A stretch of DNA of 64,000 nt from Hemiscyllium ocellatum (taxonomy: Eukaryota): the NCBI RefSeq assembly GCF_020745735.1, contig NC_083403.1, positions 121,786,526 through 121,850,525 of the forward strand, written 5' to 3'. Under the pieces are notes generated by a model. It was given only the letters and a program-made list of their open reading frames with translations. It was not told the DNA's origin and ran no database searches. Of the stretch, positions 12,564 to 25,900 are shown piece by piece. The first letter of the stretch is position 1. Every line of letters begins with the position of its first letter. Position numbers and translations under genes: made by a program.

Positions 12564-13280
12564 AAGGAAAGCCTTTTTGATCAGAAAAGACAAAGAAGTA
12601 AGTGGCTGGTGGAATATACTATTGGATATAGAGTGAGGTCCATGGGACAAGATAGAAGAGAGTATAATTTCAAGAATAAGTGTGCAAAGTGTGCAAACTG
12701 GGCAATATCTCCTCTGGTATTGCTCACCCTATGGCCATGATTATTCCTGTGCCAATGGAGATCAACCAGTTTTTATTTTCATTGGAGAAACTGTGTGTAA
12801 GTAGGATCAACGTTTTTGTTCATGACTTTTGGTAGCTGTCCAAAACATTTTCCTGCAAGACAAGAGGTTTTTAATTACTGCTTTGTTGTCACATTTCACT
12901 CAATGGCAAAAAATTGCAGCCTGTCGAAATGTCAGATTTGATTTTTGACACCTTAATAAAAATGGAAATATTTTGCATTATTTTTTAAATTTTTGCTTCT
13001 CAAGATTTGGTATTAATTGATTCTGAAGTTGACATTTTTATTTTTAAAATCTTCCTAATTCACAGAAGAAGGAAATGAATGCCTAATCACTATAAGGAAT
13101 AAAGTAATTAGTAATGCTTTTGTTAAATGTTTTCTATCAATGGGAATAGATATCTTCAACATATTTAAAAAAAAACTGTAAACCAATACAAAGGAATAAA
13201 CAGATTACATATAATGGAAAGAAAACTTCCCATTTTTTTTTCAATTATATTGTTGCAATTTATATTGTTGCAATTTTATT

Positions 13281-13550
13281 TTAGATTAGATTACTTACAA
13301 TGTGGAAACAGGCCCTTCGGCCCAACAAGTCCACACCGACCCGCCGAAGCGCAACCCACCCATACCCCTACATTTACCCCTTACCTAACACTACGGGCAA
13401 TTTAGCATGGCCAATTCACCTGATCTGCACATCTTTGGACTGTGGGAGGAAACCGGCGCACCCGGAGGAAACCCACGCAGACACGGGGAGAACGTGCAAA
13501 CTCCACACAGTCAGTCGCCTGAGGCGGGAATTGAACCCGGGTCTCTGGCA
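13281..13550 (-). mobile_element. Young HE1-type SINE, 5'-truncated, (TCTAA)n tail
   Basis: Nearly identical to the reverse complement of ~60975-61230; CpGs retained. Confidence 0.9.
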
Positions 13551-14606
13551 TGTTCTTTTTATCTATTCTTTGCTTCTGTGTTCAGACTACTCTCACTGGT
13601 ATCTCTTCTTAAGAGTGTTTACATTTTCCTTGAGATCTAACCAAGTTCAGGATAACAAGCCTGTCTTTTTATGCTTTACCTATTGGTTCTATCCCAGAGA
13701 TCTAGTCTTCAAAACTTAATGGAGTGAAATCCCACCTTGTTTAGAGTTGAACTTCCGAACAAATATATTGTAAAACAGCGAGCAAATTTAGCAGCCACTT
13801 AACCTATTTTCTAAAGACTGGTTCACTTTTGCTGATTACTCATATGATGTCAAATAAATTGCTCACAACTCTGTGTGAAACTTATTGTAATTGCCCCCTC
13901 TTTGCCATCAACTAAAGAACTTGGCTGCTTAACTAATAACATTCAGACATGGGATATGGATACTCAGACTCCAGATGGAACTCACTGTTCGGAATGGTCA
14001 AGTCCAAGAAATATTTTGAAAACAGTTAAGTGGATGTTTTTTGAATTTAAGGTATTGCATGTTAAATTCAAAAGGCACTGTCATGGGCAGCCATGTCTAA
14101 ACAAATTGCAGATTGATCTGTGTTGAATTATGAGACTTGGTTATTTCCTTAAGCATGCTGCCTGGAGACAACTGGTTAGTTGTCAAAATATATTGAGTTA
14201 AGCTGGGACATGATGTCTGTGCCTGAAGCTGGTTTGTAACCCTAATGCACCATGATTAAATTAAAGAACCCACTACCATATTAAACTGTAGAAAAATGCT
14301 TCATTTTTATCTTGTTTATATTACCATCTTATCTTTGCAGCCTGCTTGACTCTCATCTGTTTTATAAATTGTGTTGATAAAATCAAAACTCCAAAACTCT
14401 ATTCCACTCTCCAATATAGGTATGACTGCAAAACTTTGCAACAATGACCTACTTTTCTTGTGCAGTCGAAAGGGTTTAAACCCTCAACTTTGTTGCTGTT
14501 GTGATGCATTTTGTTCAGTTGATAGCACTCTTGCAACTTTTACAGTGTTACTGGTTAAGTAGCAAATTCTAGAGTTGATGAAAAAAAGCATTTCACTCTG
14601 CACAAT

Positions 14607-14955
14607 CTTAGAAAGTCCACAGCGCAGATAGAGGCCATTCAGCCCATTGACTCTGCATCAAGCCTCTGAAGAGCATCCCACCCAGATACACCCCCTCACC
14701 CTATTCCTGTAACTAATACTTAGCATGGCTAATCCACTCAGCCAACACATCCCTGGACATTATAGGATTATTCAGCATGGGCAATCCATCTAACCTGCAC
14801 ATTGTTGGACTGTGGTGGAATCCAGAGCACCTGGAGGAAACCCACTCAGACATGGGGAGGATGTGCAAACTCAACGCAGATTGTTACTCAAAGCTGGAAT
14901 TGAACCTGGGTCCCTCGCACTGTAAGGTAGCAGTGCTATCCACTACACCGCCCCT
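14607..14955 (-). mobile_element. HE1-type SINE (older)
   Basis: ggaattgaacctggg (B box), ggaggaaacccac, tail ggccattcagccca. Confidence 0.8.
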
Positions 14956-15914
14956 AATCAATGACCATTTGTTTAAATGTATAGTTAAATAGTTGTGAAC
15001 TGTTTACTTGATATTATATGAGCAATTAAGATCCACTCAAAATATCTAAGTACAAAATTGTGTGTGTTACTGAAGAACTACTGCAGGTAATAACTTTCTT
15101 CTATGAAATAGTAAACTAAGGCTCTGATTTTTGATCCTGGGTTAGTTGCGCAGAAACCATACCTTTAAAAATGGCTGCCCACCTCTTGGGTTTTAGTTCT
15201 GGGTGATGGGCTGGTTTGGGAATCAGGCAAGTCCACCAAGGAAGAGCCCAAATGGCTACCCAGGTGCTGAAGCAGGCTGGGTAGAATGCCTTTTAGGGAC
15301 TTGAACACAGTGTTCAAAATTTACAAATAAAGATTAAAACAGAAACTATCTCTCTTGCTATTATCTCCTAACACTCCATGCCCCATTCATGCCAAATTAG
15401 TACCCACATCCATAACCCCTCATTCATCTATCTGCCAATCCGTGACCCTTTAAGCACCCGTAAGCCTACTCACATCCCTGTACCATCTTTGTCCCAGTAC
15501 TGAACCCTTATGGCCCCTCATACACCCTGTGCCAACATAGTGCTCCATACCCACCCTATGATGTACAATACTCCCTTTGCCACCCTATGCTCAAGAACTC
15601 ATTCATCATGGCCTCTCATACTGAATATACCAATTTTCTGTGGTTCCTCATTTTCTCCAATTGTCCTCATGGATTTTATAGCCCCTATGCCAATTCACAT
15701 CCATCATCCTTTATCCTCCCTCTCCATGTTAACTCATCTATTATCCATTATGGGCATTAATCAGGATGCATTGAATGAAAATGAAATCACTTGAGTATCG
15801 AAGGTCCTTATTGTAAAAGGTATGCTCTCATTAGTACCAAACAACCATCCAATACATTGAAATTGCTTCAACTAATCTCTTATGAAAACAAATATTTCAC
15901 TTAGACCTCATGGA

Positions 15915-16545
15915 TTTTATGGATCAGACCAAACTCCCTCAAAATATATTAAAAAGATAGTTCAGATCCTAATTTTTCTTATTTTAAAGATAAGTGGAAG
16001 GCATTATGTTCCAAATACAACTCAATTGGTCGAACTATCAGGCTTGAAACATAACACATTTTATCCTTATACAATAATTAAAATACAGACAAAATAAAAA
16101 TAAAAGAATTGGCTTAACTGTAACCTTATCAAAATAATATGTGCAAACAACTACTAATTAACTGTTCCAATATAGCAACATCTTATAAACACCCCTTTGG
16201 CAAAGGCAAATTCAGTAAAATAGATTGTCTCACCTGCAATTCTAGCAGCAGGAAAAGAACCCCAGCTTCTAGCTGTAACAAAGGGAGGAATAAGAGCTTC
16301 CACATCCAGCTTCAAGACTGCAGCATCTGCTACTGAAGGCTAAAACTAAAATAAATCCTGGTTCTGTAGGAGCTTAACCCTACTCATTCAGGCTGTTTCT
16401 ATTGTTCCAACTTAAAAAGACCCCAAATCCTCAGGAACAGTTTACTTTATTAACTTTGGAGCAGACAGCTCAGCACCTCTGTCTCAATCATTCTTCATGA
16501 CAAAAAAGGACATATTACATTTCTGAAAGCCATAGTATCATCACA
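15915..16545 (-). mobile_element. Putative solo LTR
   Basis: Minus strand starts TGTGATGATACTATGG; other end (t)tttatgg. ~630 bp, no ORF. Flanks TGGA/CAGA could be a CpG-decayed CGGA 4-bp TSD. Confidence 0.5.
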
Positions 16546-17101
16546 CAGACTTGGGAAAACAAACATTTCTCTTCTGTGTTTAATCACTTAGGCCTGTAAA
16601 CATTTTCCTTCAGGTTAGAGTCTCAGCAGCAGTATCCCTATCTCTTTGAATTATTTTGTTGGCTGTAAAAAATGCTTTAGGATTTTCTGAGGCTCTGAAG
16701 GTTTCTTCAGCTATGTATATTATATTTATTTGTTTGGATGAATGCGATGCAGATCATTTCTACTTAGAATGTAATTCTTAATGTATTGCTTTGAGTGTCA
16801 CTTTGGGCTCAATGCCATTTTAAACAATCAACATCAACAAGGTTTAGGGATTCAGTGTGGACTTACGCTTAGAATTAGTGAAGAAATCAAATTGTCAGCA
16901 TAGTACAGACTTGCCTAGAGTGAGTAGCAGCAAGGTTTTATGTTTCTCCGTCACTGTTTCTGGATTCTGGTCTCCCTGGTTTGGTGCTGCACCATGACAA
17001 TTTTGAGAATTCTGATCCCCCGGTGTTTTTCCATTGACTATGTTTCATTGGTGTAAAGCTTTCAATAGATGGGTCTCAATACTGGACATTAAAATTACAT
17101 T

Positions 17102-17307
17102 GGGAGAAAGTGAGGACTGCAGATGCTGGAGACCAGAGTTGAAAAATGTGGTGCTGGAAAAACACAGCAGGCCAGGCAGCATCCGAGGGGCAGGAGAATC
17201 GACGTTTCGGGCATAAGCCTGAAGAAGGGCTTATGCCCGAAACATTGATTTTCCTGCTCCTCGGATGCTGCCTGGCCTGCTGTGTATTTCTAGCACCACA
17301 TTTTTCA
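17102..17307. mobile_element. Fold-back Penelope-derived insertion, family B, 14-bp TSD
   Basis: ATTAAAATTACATT at 17088-17101 and 17308-17321. Arms meet at CTGAAGA (17219); stem III decayed by CpG mutation. Confidence 0.92.
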
Positions 17308-17683
17308 ATTAAAATTACATTTTTAGACAAACTTTCTGTTGCAATTATATATTGCTCCCTTTTAGTTCTAGTGTAGTAATATTTTGGGGTGCCCACCTTC
17401 CAGTACCTTATGCAAATTTTCACAAGTTGCTTTTTCTGGGATCTTTTCTCAGGCAACATCAATACGTTTCTTTGGGAGTTCGAGATTGTTTGATGCCTTT
17501 TAACATGATGACACAACTGATGTTATGATGCTGGCCTTGCCTGTCCAGATCAATCTAGCAAATCTTGCTTATTTCTATATTTAACTTCACCTAAATTCAC
17601 CTTAAATTTATACTTAAGTGGCATGCACTAAAACTGTCAGTGTTATGATCGTACTCTTTGGGCAAGCTTTAGATGAAGTATGA

Positions 17684-17891
17684 TGTGGAGGTGCAAGTGT
17701 TGGACCAGGGTGAATAAAGTCAGAAATCATATGACTCCAGGTTATTGTCCAACAGGTTTATTTGAAATCGCAAGCTTTCGGACTGCTGCTCCTGCATGAA
17801 GATCTAACTTGATGAAGGAGCAGCCCTTCAAAAGCTTGTGATTTCAAATAAATCTATTGGACAATAACCTGGTGTCATGTGACTCCTGACC
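17684..17891. mobile_element. Older fold-back Penelope-derived insertion, family A, 15-bp TSD
   Basis: TTAGATGAAGTATGA at 17669-17683 and 17892-17906. Inverted arms ccaggttattgtccaacaggtttatttgaaatc / gatttcaaataaatctattggacaataacctgg. Confidence 0.9.
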
Positions 17892-18574
17892 TTAGATGAA
17901 GTATGAAGACGTATCCTCTGCTTGGTGCAAACTTTTAAAAAGTATTTTTTTATCCGTGGGATGTGAACATAGCTGGTCAGATCAGTATTTATTGCTCACT
18001 CCTAATGCTGTATAAGAGGCAGGGGCAAGCGTCTCACTCAAATGCTAGAGTCCAACTGGTATAGGTACACTTACCATGGTATTAGGGAGCAAATGGTACA
18101 CTCATACAGGTGATTTTATTCCCTGGATGACTTGATAGCAAGCATTGACAAGATAGTCTGACATTTTCTGACAAGCACACTTATCTAATTTGTCGTGTCA
18201 ACACACAAGCCAGCAACTACCAGGAAACAGCAATGATGGCCGGCTTTCCTGTTGCCTGTTTGGTGGTCTTGTTGCCAAATGTAGGACTTCTGTTGCTTCT
18301 TCAGTCTTACGTGGAGTCAAACTAGGTAGGTGCAGGTCACCTGCATAGCTTATCGATTGGAAAATTGATAGAAATTTGTTCATTACTGCAGATAATTCCA
18401 ATATTCATGAGGCAATCAAAGTAACAGCCACAGCGTGGTTTCCATTCCTGTTTCAGCTGAAGTTATCTTGGAACCTGTTTCCCTGCCCAGCCCTGAGACT
18501 GGAAGCCAATGGAAAGCCACCATTTGCCAAGAACTGCCATGGAAACAGCTCAAGGGGAAGAATCAGCAGAAATT

Positions 18575-18730
18575 GCAACATTTAAATGGCATATGAATAG
18601 GAAGGGTTTGGAGGGATATGGGTGCTAGCAGGTGGGACTAGATTGGGTTGGGATAACTGGTCGGCATGGACGAGGTGGACTGAAGGGTCTGTTTCTATGC
18701 TGTACATCTCTATGATTTTCTGACTCTATA
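18575..18730 (+). mobile_element. CR1 extreme 3' fragment (similar one at ~49895-50025)
   Basis: gaataggaagggtttggagggatatggg...gggtctgtttctatgctgtacatctctatga. Confidence 0.85.
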
Positions 18731-19759
18731 TTGAGCTAAGGCCTTGCATTTGGAAAGAGCACGAATGAAATACATCTGGAGTAATCATGAGCAATTCCTG
18801 GCAGTGATTGCATTAATCAAACAAAGGGAAGAGATGACAGTTTGACACTATCAGTTGCTGCCATAATGGCAAAAGGACTCTTCATCATCAACACTGCTGT
18901 GTATTGTTCATACAGATGAATGCCCTATCAGTTTGCAACCATTTGGCTTGAGCTTAATACAGGTGGGTTTGGTAACTCAACAGTGTGTTGTGCTGCTAAC
19001 TCTGATTGGGTACATTCCTGAAGGCTTCATCACTTGATCTCCTATCAAGGACAGCTAAAGACAGATGATAAATGCTGGCCCAGTCAACGATGCCCATCAT
19101 CTTTGAATTAATAAAACCAAAACATTCTTATTACCTGACGCATGTCATTGATACATCCTCAAAGCATAATGCCTTGTTATGCCAAAGAAAATAAACATTT
19201 TACCTCCAAATTTTTAATTTGTAAGGTGGATATCCAAAGGCTATTTCAAACCCAAAGTGCAGGGAGTTGGAAGTGCATATTTGAAATTCAAATGTCAGGT
19301 CTGAAGATTGGAATTTGCCAATTTGACACCATAAATGGTAACCTGCTAATTCTGTGAACCCCCCCCACCTTCCCCCCCCCCCACCTAAGCTGTCCAGCAG
19401 TTGTGATTTATGTCTGCATCTTACAATTTCAGTTCTACCTACTGATACACTGCACAAATAGAAATTGAAAGCTTCAGACGGGTTTTATAATGGTTGCGCA
19501 TTGAACAAAATTTAAAGGGAACTTACTGGGTGCAACCAGAAGCAGATGGGACAAACTTTTCACCAGCAATGTGCTAAGAGAAATAAGGCAATACCCAAAT
19601 AGACCAGGAAGATGAAGCGGAAGAGATAAGCATTGTGTCCTAGTTGGTCTTGGATACATTAAAGAAAAAATTCAGAGCCCTAATCAGATAGGGAACTCTT
19701 TGTACATTTGCAACTACCTATATCCTGTTGTTTAAACCTCCTTCCCCACATCCTTTCAC

Positions 19760-20320
19760 TCTACTTGTCATATGAGGAGCGGTTGAAGTCTTTGGGTCTG
19801 TACTCAGTGAAGATTAGAAGGATGGCGGGGGGTGGTGGGGGGTGGTGTCTCATTAAAATGTACAGAATATTGAGAGCTGAAAATGTGTTGCTGGTTAAAG
19901 CACAGCAGGTCAGGCAGCATCCAAGGAACAGGAAATTCGACGTTTCGGGCCAGAGCCCTTCATCATATTGAGAGGCCCAGATAGAGTGGGTGTGGAGAAA
20001 AGAAAAGCTTTTAATTCATAGTGAGAGAGTAGAATGCAAGGGCATAGCCTCCGAATGAAACATGACCGTAAAGAATTGAGATGAGGAGGAATTTCATCAG
20101 CCAGAGGGTGGTGAATCTGTGGAACTCATTGCCACAGAACACTGTGGAGACAAAGTTATTGAGTGTATTTAAGATGGAGATAGATAGGTTTTGGATTAGT
20201 AAAGCGATCAAAGTTTTGTGGGGAAGGCAGGAGAATGGGGTTGAGAAACATATCAGCCATGATTGCATGGCAGGTCAGACTTGATGGGCCAAATGGCCTA
20301 ACTCTGTCCCTATATCTGGG
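19760..20320 (+). mobile_element. CR1 3' fragment
   Basis: LSYEERLKSLGLYS, RRNFISQRVVNLWNSLP. Confidence 0.85.
19877..19964 (-). mobile_element. Single-arm family B insertion (88 bp), 10-bp TSD, inside a CR1 fragment
   Basis: ATATTGAGAG at 19867-19876 and 19965-19974. Truncated exactly within the hammerhead core (…ccttcatca|). Confidence 0.88.
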
Positions 20321-20349
20321 AGTCTAACATATTTGAGAACAATTGGAAG

Positions 20350-20950
20350 TGGTAGCGGCAGCGGTTTGTTTAAGATGGCAGCACTGGCAAGGCAATAGCT
20401 CAGAGGAGGGTGGCCAGCGCCTGGTCTGGCAGTGAATCCAGGGACGTTTGGTTGTAGTAGGCCCAGAGTGGGGTTTCCTGGTATTGCTGAGGGGACAGCT
20501 GCAACAGCAACAGCCGCATGGTATGCCCAGAGGTGGGACTCTTGCCATCATTGAAGTGGGGATCCCTGGTTGCGGGGCAAGTGTGGGATCAGTGCAGGAC
20601 CCGGCATTGGCATTGGCATCAGCGAGGCGTGCCTAGTGGCGAAGAGATAGCTCCTGAAGAGGGGCAACTCTGACTTTGGTAAGTCTGATGCAGTAGTGGT
20701 TCGGCACTGGAGGGGGAATGGCAGTCCAGGCATCATTGATGAGCCATCTCAGGGCTCTCTCCGTTACATCTTTTATCATTTTTATTCTTAAACTATTCTC
20801 TTCCAGTTACAACTTCTTTCCTTATTACTCTTAAACTATTAAAACTGGCATCAGATAGTGGCAACTGTTGAAGCTTTTCACCCTGCATTTTACTGCATTA
20901 TTCACTGTAAAATGCAAGTGGCAATAAATAAATCATTCATCATTCATACA
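20350..20950 (+). mobile_element. GC-rich non-autonomous retroposon with an AATAAA-(ATTC)n tail
   Basis: GC-rich body, then gtggcaataaataaatcattcatcattcata; no intact ORF. Confidence 0.5.
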
Positions 20951-21009
20951 TCACTCACCCCCAGATCTTTAAGCTGCGGTGTGCCTTCCCTTTCTATATA
21001 TTTTTGTGA

Positions 21010-21630
21010 TAGGCACTGAAGGGCGCCATAGACTTATCTAAGCTCCTGTAGCATAACTTCAGCTTTGCAATAACTTGCTCAATGACAAACCTGGTGATCA
21101 TATGTCTCTCAGTGTCATGCTCACAGACCTCACTGTGGGTTGCTAACAGCTGTCATTAAGCATTTGTCTCTCATTTCCTTCACATCTGTCCTTCAGTCTG
21201 CTTCTAGAAATGAACTGCCTTACTGCAAAAGTCTACTGATGGCTGCCAAGGAATCTGGCAGAAATCTCCTGTGATTGGTCTCCATAGATCTGCATAGATG
21301 GAGGAAGCTTCCTTGTGGTTTTCAAATGTGTGTGTGTGTGTATTCGATATACTTCCATCCTTGGCAAAGAACTCATCAGTAACCTGTCTTGTGTGTTTAC
21401 TTGTTTCAGATTACAACCATAATATGTCTCTCTAGCACCCTAGTCAAGAGCCAAAAAACATTGAGAATGCAAGTCAATTTTACAGCCACGGGTGTCTATC
21501 AGGTCCAGCATGTGGTGCATCTTCCATGAGATTGCAGATGCATGCTACAAGCTGATATGACAACCTCAGTTTATAGATGCATTGCTCCTACATTAGATCA
21601 TGGAAGTTGAGCCTCTGTCTACTAACCTCT
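21010..21630 (-). pseudogene. Fossil PIF/Harbinger (HARBI1-like, DDE_Tnp_4) transposase
   Basis: Frameshifted minus-strand translation: RQRLNFHDLM*EQCIYKLRLSYQLVACICNL...PVAVKLTCILN...KHTRQVTDEFFAK...ISARFLGSH...CLMTAVSNP...TRFVIEQVIAKLKLCYRSLDKS..ALQ. These are collinear with the Harbinger motifs PVAVKxTxxLNF, ARFPGSxHD, WLMTP and IExxxGxLKxRFRCLD. Confidence 0.8.
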
Positions 21631-22550
21631 GGCGCAGATCATGCCTCATGCACCTTAATCCCCTCCTCTGTATCATCTCATACTACTCCTACCTCCTGTT
21701 CACCGTGCTCTCCTGAACATCTCTTTCTCTATGTGCCTATTTCTGTGTAACCCAATCGTGTCCACGTGCTGATTCCACTACTGCAGTTATACTGTTTGTT
21801 ATACTGCGCTAGACAGGATTGTCTTCCTCATTTGATATGCTGTTATAAAAAAAACACCCAAACCACTTACATCTACATCAATAAGAGAGCTGTCTGATAA
21901 ATATTTGATAAAGGGATCTGAAACACTGAAAATTGTAGTAAGTGAGCTTCAGAGTCCTGAAGAGTCATTGGATTCAAAACGTTAACTCTTTCTGTTTCTG
22001 CGCTTGCTGCCAGACCTTCTGAGTTCCTCCACCATTTTCTGTTTTGATTGCAATAATTAATTTGCCAACTTAAGTTGTCGTGAGCAGTTTACTCTCAGGC
22101 ATCCAAATTAACTTCTGATAGTCCTAAATATTGTTGGGACATGTAAGCATTCTCCGTACTATTTCCATTGTCATTTTCCTGATCCAGTAAAAATATTGCT
22201 ACACAAAAAATATTGACGAGGTATCAACTTCAGGAGAATGTGGATAATCTATACTAAGGTCTGTATTGCTATGGCGATGCCTTGTTTGGAATTTTCTGCG
22301 CTTGCAGGTGATATGTTCGGAAGCGGAAAGGAATGGAATGAGGCAGGATGGTGGTGCCTTAAAGTTCCAGGCATCTTCTCATCTCCACTAGAATGAATTT
22401 CGGATCAGGAAGGCCTGTGGTCAAATGTCACGCCCTCTGCAACTTGAAACCCTAAGGGGGTCAATTAATGGGGTGCGATGTTGGAGCATAGACTTTCAAG
22501 TAAAGGCATTTGGCGCCTGATTGCAGGACTGAAATTTGAGAAAGGGAGGG

Positions 22551-22777
22551 GAAAAAAACTCCATCGAGGCCAGCTTCCCATCATCAAGTCACCCTTTATT
22601 TACATGTGGAGAGTCCTTGACATTGATCTAGCTCCCTCAGAGCCAGCTCTCAGAGTGAACAGAATGACAGACACTCCAGTTCTCATCTATCAGCCAGCGC
22701 TCCCTGATTGGACCAGATTAATAGCCCCAATCAGGGAACTCATATACTAGGAAATCCACCTGGCTGACCTTGTGACA
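22551..22777 (-). mobile_element. Gypsy 3' LTR
   Basis: Minus strand starts TGTCACAAGG; contains CCAAT boxes (ccctgattgg, ccaatcaggg) and AATAAA; abuts the integrase-bearing internal region. Confidence 0.7.
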
Positions 22778-24360
22778 AGCGCGACGTCTTCCCAAACCGT
22801 GTCCGAGGATGTGGGCTGGCTCTTTATTTTATAGCTCCTCCTGGGGTGTTTTAGCACCGGGTCCGGTTCATCCAGCTCTGCCTCTGATATGGCAGTGTAC
22901 AACACACAGTAGCTAGCATCTTGCGCCTGGAGCATCTTGGAAGAAATTCACTCTCTTCTTCAGGCAGTAAAGGCATTGAAGCTGCAACATCTACTGTGTC
23001 CATCTCAGATTCCAAGGTATCTTCAATGCTTGATGGAGAGGGAGAATCCATGGATTCTGGAACAGTCGGAAAGGCAGTTCAGAAGCCAGGCATGTCTTGC
23101 TCTTGCACCGTTTGAGAGTTTGCAGCTTTCATCGGGTCCGCATGCTTATTCCAGGCTGTCGCACCTACCCAAAGTTTGTATTTTACTGGACCTGACCTCA
23201 TGTTGACCATAACTCTTACCAATGAAGGGCCATTCCCATGGCTCCTACACCAAACTGTCTCTCTCACTTAGTGGAAACTTGTGTCTGGTATTTGCGTTCC
23301 TAATGTTATTTCACTCCCCACCCCTCCAATCCATACACACAGATCCAGGAAGGTCAGATTTAACCTGGTGAGGAGTTTTCTCCCCATGAGCAACTCTGCT
23401 GGACCTGTCCATGTAGTTGCATGAGGGGTGGTCCTATAATTAAAACTAGTGAAGTTGTAGGCTGTTGGATGATGGATAGGAGAGAGCTGTTCTTATATGA
23501 CAAATACCATGTGACTTTAGGAAATACCCAAGTTCTCTGCTGGTAAACGATGGTCCATTATCTGTGACCAACACTTCTCGGAGTCCACGTATTGCAAAGA
23601 TGTGTGCAGTTTTTCTCTCGTGGTCCCCATGTTTGACAAACAAACTTTATGCATGTCCAGCCACTTTGAGTGGGCATTCACAATGACTAAGAACATTGAT
23701 CCCATGAAAGGACCCGCAGAGTTGACATGTAACCGAATCTAGGGTTTACCCAGTCATTTCCACGAATGTGGGGGAGCTGCTGGTGGTCAGGTTCTCTATT
23801 GGCACTCTGGGCACTGCCTCACCAACACAGTTATGCCTGCATCCAATCCTGGCCACCAGACCTAACTTCTTGCCAACATCTTCATTTTGGAAACCCCTGG
23901 ATGACACTGGTAGAGTTCAGCCAATATTGGCAGTGACCTTTGGCACAATCACTTTTGGTTTCCATAATAATGTTATCCTCGACTATAATGCAGTCTTTCC
24001 AGGTCCAAAAAGGTTTCAATTTGGGCTGTGATGGCCCTTTTAGTTTCCCCCATCACTATCAGCTGTTTCAGTTTGCCTGCTGCACATCCTTTGCTGCCCT
24101 CACCCCATGCTACTTATCTGTGACCTTGGGGTATACTGTCACCCTGGACTCCTGATGGTGTTTCTTCTGAATCAGCCATGGCCTTCCCTGTGGCGCTGCT
24201 GAGCTAAAGAGATGCCAGTCTCTGATTTGTTGCTGGCTCTTGGTACCTCTATGGTTTTGACTCTGGCTGAATGCCCACTACTGGCTTTGCAACTTTGTGG
24301 TTGACTGGGTCTTTTCAAAAAGTGGCCTCACCAGCTCTCCAGCCCAAAGTTGAGATCCCT
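22778..24360 (-). mobile_element. Internally deleted Ty3/Gypsy retrotransposon (integrase remnant)
   Basis: LARS.VWWPGLDA..VRQCPEC (HHCC zinc region), GPFMGSMFLVIVNAHSKWL, LVTDNGPSFTSRE..FLKSHGICHIRTA.YPSSN (rve core), all disrupted. Confidence 0.9.
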
Positions 24361-25181
24361 GACATTACAACAACATTCGACCATATATACCACCTTCATA
24401 TTTCAACACTAAAGTTTCACTTGTTCAAGTTGGAACGGTGATGCATATTCTCTTTCTACTGGTAAGACATCACTTCAATTAGTTTTGAAAGAAAAACATG
24501 CAATGTTAATCTTTTATCTCCTTCTCATTCTATCGACTCCTTCTAAAATTTTAAACTTCACTCGGCTCTTACCTGCTTCTGTGAAATAGCTTGACACCGA
24601 ATCCAGAGGCTTGACAAAGTGCTATCCCTGAAAAAGAGATGCATTTTCTTTTTAATGGGAATCACCAATGCTATTTGTCAAAATGCTAGTTTACTTATAA
24701 AAGTTGCACCAGGCCCGATATTGCCTGCCCATTCAGTTAACGTCTCCTCAACATCCTGAGTCCCAGTAGTTGCTTCATTCACCTACAGAAATGTAACTGT
24801 GCCTCATGTGATCCTGACACTCTGCTCAGCATCACCAGCTCCCTGTGCAGCTTGAATCTAAACGATCCTAAATTCCATACTGCTGTAATGATAACCCAAG
24901 GCTTGGCTGTATATATAAGAAAAGCTATGAAAATTAACAGTATCAAACATTTAAAAAAATTCACCACATTAACTAACTCTATATTTTCATCAAAATTAAA
25001 ATGAATCATTGAACAATACAGGACTTGGTGACTGTTGAAAAAAACGACCTAGTTTTTTAAAGCTCGTCTTGCACTCATCAAGATTTTGCATAATTGACAA
25101 TATCAAGGGGAAGAGCATTTTCATACGATATGCGAAGAGCATGTTGAGTTCATTTGCCAACCATTACTATGCTCTTCATCG

Positions 25182-25900
25182 ATGGGGAGGGCTTATACAA
25201 TTAATGGTAGAGCCTGGATTAGTGTTGTAGAAGTGAGGAATCTATGGGTGCAGGTACATAATTCTTTAAAGTTTCTATCACACATAAACAGGACGGCTAA
25301 AAAGGCATTTGGCAAGCTTGCCTTCATTGCTCAGTCCCTCGAGAATAGGAGTTGGGACGTTATTTTGAGGTTGCACAAGACATTGTCCACTTCTGGAATA
25401 CTGCGTCCAATTCTGGTCACCCAGTTATAGGAAGGATATTATCTAGCTGTAGAGGGTTCGGAACAGATTTACCTGGATATTGCCGAGAATGGAAAGTTTG
25501 AGTTATAAGGAGGACTGGAGAGGCTGGTTAGCGTGGAAGGTCGAGTGGTGACCTGATAGAAGTTTATGAAATAATGAGAGGTATAGAGTTGATGGTAGTT
25601 GTCCTTTCCCCAAAATGGGGTATTTCCAGATTAGGGGGCACATTTATAAGTTGAAAGCAGAGAGATTTAGAAATGATATGAGAAAAATGTTTTACACAGA
25701 GGGTGGTTCACATGTGGAATGAACATCCTGAGGAAGTGGTGGATGTGGGTAAAATTACAACATTTGTAAGTCGCTTGGATGAATATGAATAGGAATAGGA
25801 TATGGGCCAGGAGCAAGCAGGTGGGAGTAATTCAGTTTGAGCTTATGTTGAGCATGGTTTGGTTAGACAAAAGGGTCTATTTCCATGCTGTATGACTCTG
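25182..25900 (+). mobile_element. CR1/HER1 3' fragment
   Basis: KKAFGKLAFIAQ, LEYCVQFWSP, tail tatgactct. Confidence 0.88.

Noticed and set aside
13300-13719. Similar ORFs at 13300, 4853, 12399, 60921 and 61742 suggesting a gene family
   Set aside because: All are translations of the same SINE family.
5591-17891. Palindromic repeats as a CRISPR array, bacterial REP elements or terminators
   Set aside because: Eukaryotic context; dispersed copies with individual TSDs; no repeat-spacer periodicity; no cas genes.
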